Shown piece by piece: positions 30,191-44,498 of a stretch of DNA of 64,000 nucleotides. The notes beneath the pieces are model-generated. The model had not been told where the DNA came from. It searched no databases and saw only the letters and a program-made list of their open reading frames with translations. Origin of the DNA: Eledone cirrhosa (lineage: Eukaryota); the NCBI GenBank assembly GCA_964016885.1, contig OZ024754.1:44826001-44890000 (forward strand), given 5' to 3'. The translations under genes and the position numbers were made by a program. Position 1 is the stretch's first letter. Each line of letters starts with the position of its first letter.

Positions 30191-30997
30191 TATAGTATTC
30201 TTGAATCAGAGTTATATAGTATTTTTGAGCTGAGGATTACGTTGTGATAACCTGATAAGAGTTTGATACTAGAGAACTGGGACTAGTGTAGCCTTAGTGG
30301 ACCGGAGATTGTTTATAGAACTGGGAATACAATAAGGTTTGTGAATTAGGGATTGTCTCATGGTGGTGAGCTAGGGATTGTCTAGTGATGGTGAACTGGA
30401 GTTTGTGTCATGTTGATAAGCTTGATACGGTAAACTGGTGATGAACAATCGACTAGATTGTATTGATAAAGAAGGGATTCTCTTGGATGGTGAGCTAGGG
30501 ATTGTTTAGTGAGGGAGAAACGTGGATTGTGACGAGTTTGTGAGCTGGAGTTTTGTACATTTGTGATTTGTGAAATGTCGTTTCACTGGAAATTGAAGTG
30601 GTAAGTGCAGGTTTCCTGGAACGAAATATAGATGTTTAGAAAAAGCTACTTGATACCGTGATCGTTGCGGTAGTAGTAGTAGTAGTAGTAATTGTGGTGG
30701 CAGTAGAGATGGTGGTGTGCTAATGGTTAATGTTTAAGATATAAACTTTTAGTGGTGGTATTTCTGGCAGAGGTGAAGATGTTTGTGTTGGTAGGTAAGA
30801 GGGTGGTTCGTGTAACATAGCCGCCATTTTAAACCACCATCACCATTGAAACGTGGACACAGCTTATTGGATGAACTTAAAGAGGTCCCCGTAGTAGCTT
30901 TGTGTGTGTGGGAGAGAGAGAGAGAATGTGAGTGTGTGTGTCCATGTGTGTGTCTGCGTGTGCACGTGCATGACTGAATATATATAAATATAGATTG

Positions 30998-31040
<43 letters not shown>

Positions 31041-31770
31041 GAGAAAAGGGGATGTTCAATATATATGCATACATACATATCTACATACACGTACACTTGA
31101 TTATAAATATGGGTACATGCTCTCTCACACACTTAAGTGGTTAAGTAAATATCTGTCTATATATGCTTGTGTGTATATATGTATGTATATATGTATGTAT
31201 ATATGTATGCATATATGTATGTATATATGCATAAGTAATAATATACAAAACACTTGCACACAAACACATACATACATTCATACATATATACACATACTCT
31301 CACACACACACACATACATACTCACACACATACATATATTCATATACACACATACAGATGCGCACATATACACACTCACATTCACATACACTCATACATA
31401 CATACATACACACACATACACACACACATACACACATATGCACACTATACATGCACACATATACACTCACATTCACATACACAGGCACACATACATACAC
31501 ATATACACACACATATACACACACATCTACACACATATCTACACATATATACATCTATACAAACATACACATACTACCACATATCCACACACATATACAT
31601 ATATATATACATACACTACCAGACATCTACACATACATGTATAAGTAGGATATTTGGCTTGCAATCTCCCGTTCTCGCACAGTTCGCTGCATATCTCACG
31701 ATACTTCCATTTGAGATTATCGTCTGCTACAACCAGTTTTCCCTGGGGCTGGTCGCCTTTAGTTATAGCA

Positions 31771-31825
<55 letters not shown>

Positions 31826-32182
31826 AGGGTGTGTGTGTGTGTGTGGGTGGGGTCTATATAGTGTACGTGTGTTTGTGAGTATGTGTATATGTATATATAT
31901 ATGTGTGTGTGTGTATGGGGGGGGGTCTATATAGTGTACGTGTGTTTGTGAGTATGTGTGTATATATATATATCTGTATATATATATATATATTTATATA
32001 TGTGTGTGTATGTGCGTGTGTATGTTTCTATGTGCGTATATGTCTGTGTATATATGTGTATGTGAGTGTGTATGTATATATATGTGTGCGCGTGTAATGT
32101 GCGTATGTGTGTGTGTGTGTATATATAAACATATAATCATTACTATTTGTATAAACACCCTTCTCATACACACACACACACG

Positions 32183-32254
<72 letters not shown>

Positions 32255-32654
32255 AACAGCACTTTTACCCTTTCTATTCCCAAAACTCCTCCAACACATA
32301 AACCTTTTATTTTCTCTTTACCTTTTCCCTCCACTCTCCCTCTCTCCACCATCTACTACACTAACCCTCCCCCTCCCTCTATATATCTCTATCCTCCCAC
32401 CACCTTTATCCACCTTCCTATCTCCTCAAATATTAAATCATTTTTTTCAAATATTTCCTCCGTGTTGCTGTCTGTTGGGAACAACTCTCCTCCTTCACCT
32501 TCCTATCTCTTTCTTCTTCTTCTTCTTCTTCTTCTTCTTCTTCTTCTTCTTCTTCTTCTTCTTCTTCTTCTTCTCTCTATTTTGTTATATACTTCTACAA
32601 TTCTATTTTATTTTTATATATAGTTTGTTTTCTGTATATTATATACCTATATAT

Positions 32655-32705
<51 letters not shown>

Positions 32706-33032
32706 TGTGTGTGTGTATATATATATATGTATATATATATATATACACATGCACCACACACACATATACACATATATTTTAAATATTCTAATACTTTATT
32801 CATACATATTTTTTATATTGTATATATTTTATTCATGTTAGAGTCCTGCTTTATTTTAATACAATTTTTTATCTTTATAATTTATACATATATGCACACT
32901 GTTCCTTCCTCCCTCCCCACAAACACACACGTGTATATACATATTCAAATATACATGCATGCATACACATAAAAATACATATATACACATACTTAAAAAT
33001 ACACACACAATTATATATATATATATACACAT

Positions 33033-33075
<43 letters not shown>

Positions 33076-33123
33076 CATATATACACATATACACATATAT
33101 ATATATATGTGTGTGTGTATATG

Positions 33124-33168
<45 letters not shown>

Positions 33169-33169
33169 T

Positions 33170-33214
<45 letters not shown>

Positions 33215-33250
33215 ACATATATATATATGTGTATATGTGTATATATGTAT

Positions 33251-33311
<61 letters not shown>

Positions 33312-33616
33312 TTGTGTGTTTGTGTGTTTGTGTGTTTGTATGTATTTATAAATATATATAATGTGTGGTTGTCACCTTCGCTCTCTCTCTCTCTCACTAT
33401 CTTTATCTCTCTCTCCGTCCCTCCCTCTCTTCCTCTTCCTCTTCCACGAATTGTCGGAACTGGTGAAATCCCTTTTTTCCCAAGAGCTGATAGAAAAGGC
33501 AGCGCAAGTATTCCTGGCGGTGTCAGTATCGAAACCTTGACCCCGATATATGAATGTCAGAGAGCGAGCCAGCCTTTGGAAATATTAATAACAAAATGTG
33601 CACACACACCCCCCTC

Positions 33617-33673
<57 letters not shown>

Positions 33674-33785
33674 ATCTACATATCCATTAAATATTTATGA
33701 ACACCGAACAAAAAGTTTAAAGAATTCTCCAACGATACCCGCAAGATAATCTTGAGATAATGTCGATGAAAACAACAACAACAAT

Positions 33786-33818
<33 letters not shown>

Positions 33819-34377
33819 ACTGACAACAACAATAACAACAATGGTATCAACAACAATATTGACAACAACAACAACAACAATAGTAACAACAACAGCAATG
33901 ACAGGAACGTAATTATGTAGTTCTCCCTTCTTGGCAAATGGCTGTTACCAGAATTGTTACAAGAAAAAGGGCCAACATCTTTATCTAAATTAAGCCCTCT
34001 CTAGGGACATAATTTTGTTTGTTTAATTCACTTAGATTGAAATCATAGCTCCGACTACCTGTGGAACTTCTTTGCACTCTCAATGATTAAGTAAGCTAAA
34101 AGTGCAGTACCAAGGTCCCTCTTTGTCTGTGTACTATTAGCTCTTGGAATGTATTTAAACATCCCAACTTATTATATTCTTTTAGTAAATTCCTAAGTAC
34201 TTTACAAGTCCATGGCTATTTTATATATCAATCATTCATAATACCAATAACGTCATGTAGCTAAAGGAGTATTTAACTGTTTTCAATTCAACAGCGGCTG
34301 ACGGAGTGAATAGTTACTGAAACTTATCAATGTCTGGGGAGGTAACTTGTGACAAATATCCCATAGGCTTTTCCAGT

Positions 34378-34581
34378 TTACACACCCTTCCAAAAAGTAA
34401 TGAGAAACAGTTTATGTTCCCTTCGCAGTATCGTCCTCTTCGGAGGAGCTGGTTTGCTGAATCTTGCAGTGAAGTCATGTCGCACATCTTCCATGTTCTT
34501 GCCAGAATTCACACGATCATGTGTCCATACACTTGCAAGCAGCCTCTCATCCAAACTGTAGCAGCTTCGGACCACCCTGTA
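34378..34581 (-). mobile_element. Tc1/mariner remnant: TIR end plus N-terminal HTH fragment
   Basis: Minus strand TA-CAGGGTGGTCCG (typical Tc1/mariner end) followed by YSLDERLL...MEDVRHDFTARFSKPAPPKRTILRREHKLF, resembling a DUF4817-type transposase HTH. Confidence 0.55.
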
Positions 34582-34834
34582 TATTTCAGTTTCATTCTTA
34601 CCGTTTGTTTAATTCACATAGATATGATGTCATAGAACCGGCTACCTGTTGAGCTCTTTATAACTCTATTGGATTAGATAACTAACTCAAATGAACCGAG
34701 ATTATATTGCCTAGGTTTACATGTGTTGAGGTCTTTACCTCACCAAGTTCCAAGTTAATTCCCATTGTACGATTCTTGTGCAAACCTCACCTAAAAATTG
34801 TGAGAGACACTCTCTAAAGTCTGTCTCTAAAGAT

Positions 34835-34947
34835 TAGAGCTCATCAGGACGGTGCTTATCCAGGTTTCCAATACTCCCACCTGGACAGGACGCCAGTCAA
34901 TCGCAAGGTTAAACTCCCATCTATTGCTGGTACATCTATACTGGAGC
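34835..34947 (-). mobile_element. SINE central-domain (V-SINE-like) fragment
   Basis: Minus strand aaccttgcgattgactggcgtcctgtccaggtgggag...gaaacctggataagcaccg resembles the recalled V-domain consensus. Confidence 0.5.
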
Positions 34948-34950
34948 AAG

Positions 34951-35047
34951 CTTGGTGGGGTTGCCGGTTTAGTCACCGACGAACCGACCATCAGAGAGGT
35001 TGTACTGGGTTACATGTTACCAGTAGCACTCGAGAGCGACCTGACAT
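34951..35047 (+). mobile_element. Isolated 3' tail shared with the 35194 element
   Basis: cttggtggggttgcc.gtttagtcacc...ggttgtactggg.tacatgttaccagtagcac...gacctgacatac matches 35707-35803. Followed by (CATA)n. Confidence 0.75.
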
Positions 35048-35146
35048 ACATATATACATACATACACACAAGCATACATACATGCATACACACAAGCATA
35101 CATACGTGCATACATACATACGTATATACGTACATACATACATACA

Positions 35147-35178
<32 letters not shown>

Positions 35179-35193
35179 CCCATACATACATAC

Positions 35194-35803
35194 ATGGTGG
35201 CTGCCAACTCGTTTTCGAGTACGGCCACTACTTTATATCCATGTAGGAGAACCCCTACCGATGCGCTGAACGAGTGTGACTTTTTAGTCCAGCCAACGAC
35301 TTGAAAACTCTGGTACAAACACTACACTTGTGACAATTACTGACACATAGTGCTGGGCCCATGGTACCCTGTGACGACAAGTGCAGAGAGATCTCCAGAT
35401 ATAAAGTAATGCCTGTGCCGTGAAGCTTTTATAGTGAGCAAAGGCATTGCACAAAGCCAGTCCCACTCTCTTAACCAAGATGATATTTACCAAAAAGAAG
35501 AACAAGTCAACATCATTGGATACCATCAGGGTTGCAGGTGTTATATCAGAGTTTTCCTTCTCCTAGAATTCTGCCTTGACAAAGGCTAAGGGGTTATCTC
35601 TCCTGGTGATTTTGGATGGCCATTGACTCTTAAGAGCTCCTTTGCTCTTTGACAGGTTGTTTTTAGTCCTGCAGGATGTCCAAAGTCACCCTCCTCACCA
35701 AGAAACCTTGGTGGGGTTGCCAGTTTAGTCACCAAAGACCCGACCATGAGACAGGTTGTACTGGGATACATGTTACCAGTAGCACCAACTGGTGACCTGA
35801 CAT
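35194..35803 (+). mobile_element. About 610 bp non-coding interspersed element bounded by (CATA)n
   Basis: First 382 bp are near-identical (inverted) to 16752-17133. Last about 97 bp are similar to 34951-35047. Confidence 0.75.
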
Positions 35804-35841
35804 AATACATACATACATACATACATACACACATACATACA

Positions 35842-36108
35842 TACACCTTTAGCTTCATACCCATCATTATTGGAGCTACAGGTTATATACCAACCCGCTT
35901 GGACCAAGGTATGACTGAACTTGGATTTGCGGACAAAAAGCGCACCTCCCTAATTCATAGTCTACAAATGGCTGCGGTAGCTGGCACCTTCAAAATTTGC
36001 AAAACATTCTTGCGATTCAAGGGATGACAATTTCTTTTCTTTTACAACCTTGCCACCAGGAAGGTGGCCGGTCAAAAAAATATACTCGAAATTAAGAGAA
36101 AGAGATAA
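35842..36108 (+). mobile_element. 5'-truncated R4/Dong-like non-LTR retrotransposon (RLE-domain C-terminus plus 3'UTR)
   Basis: Stop-free 35848-36027: FSFIPIIIGATGYIPTRLDQGMTELGFADKKRTSLIHSLQMAAVAGTFKICKTFLRFKG*. The PIIIGAxG motif and terminal LQ..A..GT.KI.K.FL are characteristic of R4/Dong RLE elements (recalled). (CATA)n on both sides. Confidence 0.75.
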
Positions 36109-36378
36109 CATACATACATACATACATACATACACACCTATGATTTAAGACAACTTTAGTTCAACATGTCTGCAATATCTCTGCTTATTAAACTTGCTTG
36201 TTAAACTTATTTTTCCACATATTAACTTCAGGTATTTTGTCTTTTACAAAAATTCTGTTGTTTCCGTTTTATGTCAAACATTTTATTCAGATTTCTGTGT
36301 TTAGAAAGCATTGATTTATATTTTAATTTTTCAGCTATTGTTAAAAGTTTTTCTTTCGGCTGATTTCATGGTTTAGCG

Positions 36379-36727
36379 CAGATGTTCTGAAACATTTTGG
36401 GCCACCACCACCCTCACGGCCATATAATACCCTCGTCGACCCCCAACCCATATTTCCAGAGAGACCTACCTACACGCAAATTGTAAATAATATATAATAA
36501 ATAAAATCGTTAATTTATATATAATAAATAACACAATATATACTATGTATAAATATATATTATATATTTTATATTTTACTATATTTATATATAATATGTA
36601 TCATTTAATATTTAATATACTATTACATCATCACTACCACTCCACTACCACCACCTTAGGCCCCAGCGCTCCCTGGATCTTCTCAACGTCCCCCGGAGGG
36701 CAGTAACTCCCACTTTAAGCACCTCTG
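36379..36727 (-). mobile_element. hAT-like MITE, copy 2
   Basis: Ends cagatgttctgaaa / tttaagcacctctg, 8-bp TSD gtttagcg/gtttaatg. Reverse-complement homolog of 14158-14499. Confidence 0.7.
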
Positions 36728-37726
36728 GTTTAATGTTTCAAATTTTGTGCCACCAAACTTTTTCTCGTCATTTATTTTATTTAGTTCTGATGTTTCGTGA
36801 ATCTATTGTTATAAATTTAATTTACATTGTACAATCTCTGCTTAGCTCCTTTGGAACAGCAACATTATTCTCATTGAATTAAATAACGAATATATATGTC
36901 TGTTGGTTCACTTCGCTTGGATTAAACATGAAGAAGCCGAAATATTTATCGGCTGAAACCGGTACTATAAATTACTTTACAGAAATGTTTTGCTGTTATT
37001 CTATGAGAAAATCCTATTAGCATTTTCTACCTTTTCTCGTGTATATATATATATAGGCTCGATATATACTATGCATTGTAGACGCTTTGCAAGGCGCTCA
37101 CTCGCTTTGAGAGAGGGTTTATGGTTAGGTTTAGTGTTCAGTTAACTGGGAGATGGGAGATGGTTAGTAATAGTTTTACTGAGATTACAGTTAAAACCAT
37201 TTTATTGTTACAGTTAGTAAAAGTTAGTGTTTGGGTCATGAATAGAATTAGGTTTCATGCAAGGTTTAAAACAGGTTCTAAAATTAGTATTAAACACATA
37301 TTTAAGGTGAAAGTTAGAGGAAGATTTAGGATTTCAGTTAATGTTAAGATTAAAACTATGGTTTAAAGTTACTGTTAATATTAAGGTAAGGATTAGAGTC
37401 GGTATTATGGTTAGGGTTACTATAAGGGTTAGTGTTAGGGCAAGGTAGATGTTAGGGGGGGGGTGATAGGGAAGAGCATCTGTTCGATGAATGTGAGTGA
37501 CAAACTAATAGCAATAACACACAATGACATATCAGTAGCTCCACCTAGACAAGAATGAAGACAGGAGAAGGGGTTATATTTAATGGGACCCTACATTAGT
37601 GGATGTCACTTCATATTAGTTCTCACGTCTTCCTCTTTCTCTCTCGGACTAGTTTCTTTCAATTTCTTCTTCATTTTTGAATCTCTTCTCACATTTCTCA
37701 TCTGTTACACTTTATCTATCTTTCTA

Positions 37727-37866
<140 letters not shown>

Positions 37867-38002
37867 CTATCTATCTAACACCCTCTCACCCTTCATAGTT
37901 CCCCTTCCCCCCTCGCTCTCTCTTTTCTTCCTTTATTTCTGTCTTTTTCCTCTACACACTTCCATAAGCACACACTTATATTCTAAAATAACTGCATATG
38001 TA

Positions 38003-38063
<61 letters not shown>

Positions 38064-38066
38064 TAA

Positions 38067-38099
<33 letters not shown>

Positions 38100-38100
38100 G

Positions 38101-38165
<65 letters not shown>

Positions 38166-38435
38166 CGTGTGTGTGTGTGTGTGTGTGACTGCGTCTCTGT
38201 GCGTTTGAATATTGAGTATGTGAACGTATTTAACATTTACACGCACACATACATATATATATACATATATATATACATATATATATACATACATATATAT
38301 ACATATATATATACATATATATATACATATATATATACATATATATATACATATATATATATATACGCCATTACGACAGTCTCTCTCTCTCTCTCCCTCT
38401 CTCTCGCTCTCTCTCTCTCCCTCCATCTCCCTCCC

Positions 38436-38486
<51 letters not shown>

Positions 38487-38606
38487 ATGTATAATAAAAA
38501 GACGGTTTTTTATATCTTCATTACGTTTATTGGGTAGTGACGCGCGTTTCGCTATTGATCAGCTCAAGGTTCGATCTGAACCTACAGTAACTGCACATTA
38601 CATTCC

Positions 38607-38694
<88 letters not shown>

Positions 38695-38834
38695 GAGAGA
38701 GACTACTAATGATGGTGATGATGATGATGGTGATCCTGAGGAGAAGGAAGACAAGGGGAAGATGAAGATACAAGCAGAGGGGGGGGGGAGGGGAATACAA
38801 CCATGCTATCGCGTTTTGTATCTTTACCACACAA

Positions 38835-40321
38835 CCACCATTTACTACAGGTACTACCACCAATACAACACCACTGCCACCACCACTTTACTACAGGTAC
38901 TACCACCAATACAACACCACTGCCACCACCATTTACTACAGGTACTACCACCAATACAACACCACTGCCACCACCACTTTACTACAGGTACTACCACCAA
39001 TACAACACCACTGCCACCACCACTTTACTACAGGTACTACCACCAATACAACACCACTGCCACCACCATTTACTACAGGTACTACCACCAATACAACACC
39101 ACTGCCACCACCACTTTACTACAAGTACTACCACCAATACAACACCACTGCCACCACCACTTTACTACAGGTACTACCACCAATACAACACCACTGCCAC
39201 CACCATTTACTACAGGTACTACCACCAATACAACACCACTGCCACCACCACTTTACTACAGGTACTACCACCAATACAACACCACTGCCACCACCACTTT
39301 ACTACAAGTACTACCACCAATACAACACCACTGCCACCACCACTTTACTACAGGTACTACCACCAATACAACACCACTGCCACCACCATTTACTACAGGT
39401 ACTACCACCAATACAACACCACTGCCACCACCACTTTACTACAGGTACTACCACCAATACAACACCACTGCCACCACCACTTTACTACAGGTACTACCAC
39501 CAATACAACACCACTGCCACCACCATTTACTACAGGTACTACCACCAATACAACACCACTGCCACCACCACTTTACTACAGGTACTACCACCAATACAAC
39601 ACCACTGCCACCACCACTTTACTACAGGTACTACCACCAATACAACACCACTGTCACCACCACCACTTTACTACAGGTACTACCACCAATACAACACCAG
39701 TGCCACCACCTATTTACTACAGGTACTACCACCAATACAACACCACTGCCACCACCACTTTACTACAGGTACTACCACCAATACAACACCACTGCCACCA
39801 CCATTTACTACAGGTACTACCACCAATACAACACCACTGCCATCACCACTTTACTACAGGTACTACCACCAATACAACACCACTGCCACCACCATCACTT
39901 TACTACAGGTACTACCACCAATACAACACCACTGCCACCACCATCACTTTACTACAGGTACTACCACCAATACAACACCACTGCCACCACCACTTTACTA
40001 CAGGTACTACCACCAATACAACACCACTGCCACCACCATCACTTTACTACAGGTACTACCACCAATACAACACCACTGCCACCACCTCTTTACTACAGGT
40101 ACTACCACCAATACAACACCACTGCCACCACCACCACTTTACTACAGGTACTACCACCAATACAACACCACTGCCACCACCACCACTTTACTACAGGTAC
40201 TACCACCAATACAACACCACTGCCACCACCATTTACTACAGGTACTACCACCAATACAACACCACTGCCACCACCACCACTTTACTACAGGTACTACCAC
40301 CAATACAACACCACTGCCACC
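38835..40321. repeat. 45/46/49-bp minisatellite, about 32 copies
   Basis: Unit tttactacaggtactaccaccaatacaacaccactgccaccaccac with a variable CAC run. Confidence 0.97.
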
Positions 40322-40344
40322 TAGGGTTAAACAACTATATTAAG

Positions 40345-40625
40345 GGAGTTTCTACGCGGAAACTTGACCTTTTAGAAATAGCAGCTAAATGTCCTTTTGT
40401 CATTTTTACCATCACTAATCATAGCTCTGCTTGATCGGAGCTGACCTAGGGCTAAACATCTTCAATAAGGGAGTCTTTAAGTTGTTACTTGACCTGTTAG
40501 AAATAGCAGTTAAATGTCCCTTTAATGTCATTTTACAATCTTAAAGCAGAAAGTATGAATAAGACAAGTTTGTAATGGTGAGAATGTCTTTGATCATAGG
40601 TCTGTCTGATCAGAACTGACCTTCA
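40345..40625 (+). repeat. Interspersed repeat with tagaaatagcag core, two tandem copies; others at about 13985-14060 and 24862-24925
   Basis: gacct.ttagaaatagcag.taaatgtcc...atcatag.tctg...gatc.ga.ctgacct occurs twice. Confidence 0.55.
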
Positions 40626-42363
40626 AAGGACCATAAACTGCCGCCACCACCTCAACTACCACCTATACTACTACGATAAACACCACCACCACCTCCAACA
40701 CATACACACACATATACACACATATACACACATACGTACATGTGTACATATATATATATATATATACACACACATATGTACACACATACACACACTATTA
40801 CCGCAATCACAAACACTAGTACCAATACCAGCACCATCACCATTATAGACATCACCACCACCACCAACACCAACAACAACATCATCAACATCAACCACAC
40901 ACCACCACTAACAACAACACCACAAACAACACCACAAACATCACCAACATCACCAGCAACAACAACATCACCAGCAACAACAACACCACCAGCATCATCA
41001 ACAACACTACCATCAACACCACCACCACCACCACCACCACCAACACCACCAACACCACCACCACCACCAACACCACCACCACCACCACCACCACCACCAC
41101 CACCACCACCACCATCACCACCACCACCACCACCAGTGTGTACAGCGTCTGTTTTGCAGCTGCAACGAGATGCAAGCAGGCTGACTGGTGCAGAGCTGTT
41201 GTCATAATTACATTAGTGTCAACTCTTGGATGGTTCTGTAGGTTGTATCAATGGGTTGGCCGGTAGGGGGCGTTGGGGGTGATTGGGGGGGAGGGGAGGG
41301 TCTCTCACATTAACGACTCCTCCGTCCACTCCCCTTTACTGTATCATCACCATCATCACCATCATCACCATCAACACCACCATCATCACCATCAACCCAT
41401 CAACATCATCATCATCATCATCATCATCATCACAATCCCCACTACCACCAACACCACCATCTCCACTACCACCAATACTAATTTCAATCCATCAACATCA
41501 TCATCACAACCACCATCCTCACTAAATTTCCACTATTACCACCACCACCACCATTACCACCACCACCACCACCACCACCGCCACCGCCACCGCCACCACC
41601 ACCACCATCACCACCACCACCATTGTCCATTGCCTCTTAGAAAGTGGAGCAAAACGATTTAAAGAAGCACATTTAATATTGTAGACATATTGGTAGCTAA
41701 TATTCCTTTCAATATGGAGTAACATGATTTGAAGAAACCTTATTTGAATAACAAACCTTCTGTTATTTAAGATGTAAATAAATGTTATTTCAATATTGGA
41801 TATAATATCATTTAATATTCCTTTAAAAATAGAGTGAAGTAATTTGAAGAAACCTTATTTCAACTAGCAGAAGAGCCCCCCACCCCCACCCCATCCCACC
41901 CCGGGCGGTTTTCTGCTAGCATATGTAGTGTGTATATTGATATCATACGCCAATATATATGTATATAGATATGACAAGTAAATTGATACGTAAATTGATG
42001 AGATTGTTGACAATATGGACATAAATTACACGAAGACTGTGTTACACTTTCTTGTGTAATCACTGAAGTAATCCATGAGACATTTAAAAAAGAGGAAACG
42101 ATTCCGGCGAAATATTATGAAATAAACGTTAACAATAGTTGACAATAGAAGATTTTAACAGAAGTGAATCTTGAAATAAGCAATACATTTTATATATGAT
42201 TAGTTATGTTTAATCAAAAGCTAAGAAATTTAGTAGATAAATTACGTAACATTCATTCATTATTTATTCAAAGTAATCGAACTTATTTTAATAACGGTGT
42301 AAAATAATAAACTGGACACAGTCCCGCAGTTCTCCAATCATTATATATTATAGTTAATATATA

Positions 42364-42580
42364 ACGGGGTTGATAAAATAAAGTACCAGTAATGTACTGG
42401 GTAATTGCTGGCCTTGTGCCAAAAGTAGAAACAATTATATATTATAGTTACGTCCCTTTACAGTCTGAGTTCAAATCCCGTCGAGGTTAACTTTGCTTTT
42501 AATCCTTACGGGGTAGATAAAATAAAGTACCAGTAATGTACTGGGTAATTTGCTGGATTTGTGCCAAAAGTAGAAACAAT
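42364..42580 (+). mobile_element. Two tandem 5'-truncated SINE copies (42364-42434 and 42444-42580)
   Basis: Both end gtaccagtaatgtactgggtaatt...aaagtagaaacaatt; the second retains the B-box. Confidence 0.85.
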
Positions 42581-42608
42581 TATAAATACACTCTATTATT
42601 TTAATTCT

Positions 42609-42663
<55 letters not shown>

Positions 42664-42953
42664 GTATATATATATATATTGTTATACTTGGGGAGGGTCA
42701 TATTTGTGTAATAATATTGCCAGAATTAATAACAGAACACACTCACTGTTTGGCTGGTTTTCGCTTCTGTGTCTTTTATATCGGTTAATTTAATTTATTC
42801 GGTCCTCAATGTTACCATTGACTGACCAACGGTCAAAAATACAGATACAATATAGACACAAACACATATATATAGTCTAACAAAGTTCTTTCGTTGCACA
42901 TCTGCAACATCGTCAGTGGTGCTATTATGCTTCATATCAAAAACCTTGCAAAA

Positions 42954-43007
<54 letters not shown>

Positions 43008-43068
43008 TGAAACTAATAAACCTTTGTTCGTACTGCCTCTCTGTTTTGTTCCCGTTCAATTTTTTACT

Positions 43069-43295
<227 letters not shown>

Positions 43296-43600
43296 TTCAT
43301 GATTTATTCAAAGTAGTACTTTAATAACGTGATGTAGAATATTAAACTTGACACAGTCTCCCAGGCTATGGAGCTGCGAAGAGTGTCAGACACCATGAGT
43401 TGCGACCCTTTACAATCTGAGTTAAAAATTTGAAATCTAACTTTTTTTGCCATTAATCTAGTGTTTGGAGCTAACTCAACAAATGTCCTCACCTAAAATT
43501 ATGGTGGAAGGTTTTTAGATAAATATAAACACTTTAAAACAGTTTCGTGTCGTAGAACCGGGGACAGTCCAGGCGGGTTACCAAAGGGTTTCAGAAAAAT

Positions 43601-43785
43601 AATTGTTTCTATTTTTAGCACAAGGCCAGCAATTATCCAGTGCATTACTGGTGCTTTATCTTATACACCTCATAAGGATGAAAGGCAAAGCTAACCTCGG
43701 CGGGATTTGAACTCAGACTGTAAAGGGCCGTAACTCCATGCTGAAAAACTTGGCGTCCGACACTCTGCCGGTACTGCCAATCCAC
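43601..43785 (-). mobile_element. SINE, short-tail subfamily
   Basis: gtttctatttttagcacaaggccagc...ggatttgaactcag...actgccaatcc. Confidence 0.85.
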
Positions 43786-44156
43786 GGAAATTACAAACAC
43801 ACACCTACATATAAATATATAAACAGATACAGACAACAGAAGGAAGGGGCTGGTGAACGATATAGCGATGTGTTGCGTCCCTTTTACGGTTTACCGGCTA
43901 TATAGCCTATTTGTTTTATTTTCTAGTCGGCGGCTATTTATTTTTGTGGCTGTTAAGTTCAATTTGCAAGGTAAACAACACGGAATTATGTAGGGAAGCA
44001 AATAAGAGTTGTTTCCCTTGGAACGGATTGATTCGCGCTTAATTTCGTTGACTTGTGAGTCATGTAGAATTATGTTTTATTTCCACACACACACAAACAC
44101 ACACACACATATGCATGTGTGTGTACATACATATATATATATACATATATATATAC

Positions 44157-44191
<35 letters not shown>

Positions 44192-44450
44192 CATATATAT
44201 ATACTTATATATGTATATATATATGTATATATACTTATATATGTGTATATATACATATATATATACACATATATATATATATAAAGAAAGAAGAGTGACA
44301 TGGTTTGCTATACAATAAGGGCTGGACTACATCTAAGTGGACTACCTATAACAATAATTTGTTATCCCGTATATATATATATATATATATATATATACGT
44401 TATTCCGTTATTTGCTATATATATATATATATACGTTATTCCGTTATTTG

Positions 44451-44494
<44 letters not shown>

Positions 44495-44498
<4 letters not shown>

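Noticed and set aside
28105-30195. 16-aa repeat ORFs, and CRISPR-like regularity
   Set aside because: Pure tandem minisatellite with sporadic stops, no unique spacers, no cas genes, eukaryotic context.
33440-33600. Unique-looking peptide [17 protein letters not shown]...
   Set aside because: No usable acceptor AG after the pyrimidine tract, no donor, no recognised homology.
37110-37460. TTAGGG-like run as interstitial telomere
   Set aside because: Only scattered exact hexamers in a highly degenerate tract.
38762-40434. 520-aa and 543-aa ORFs
   Set aside because: Units of 45, 46 and 49 bp shift frame continually; the unit simply lacks stop codons.
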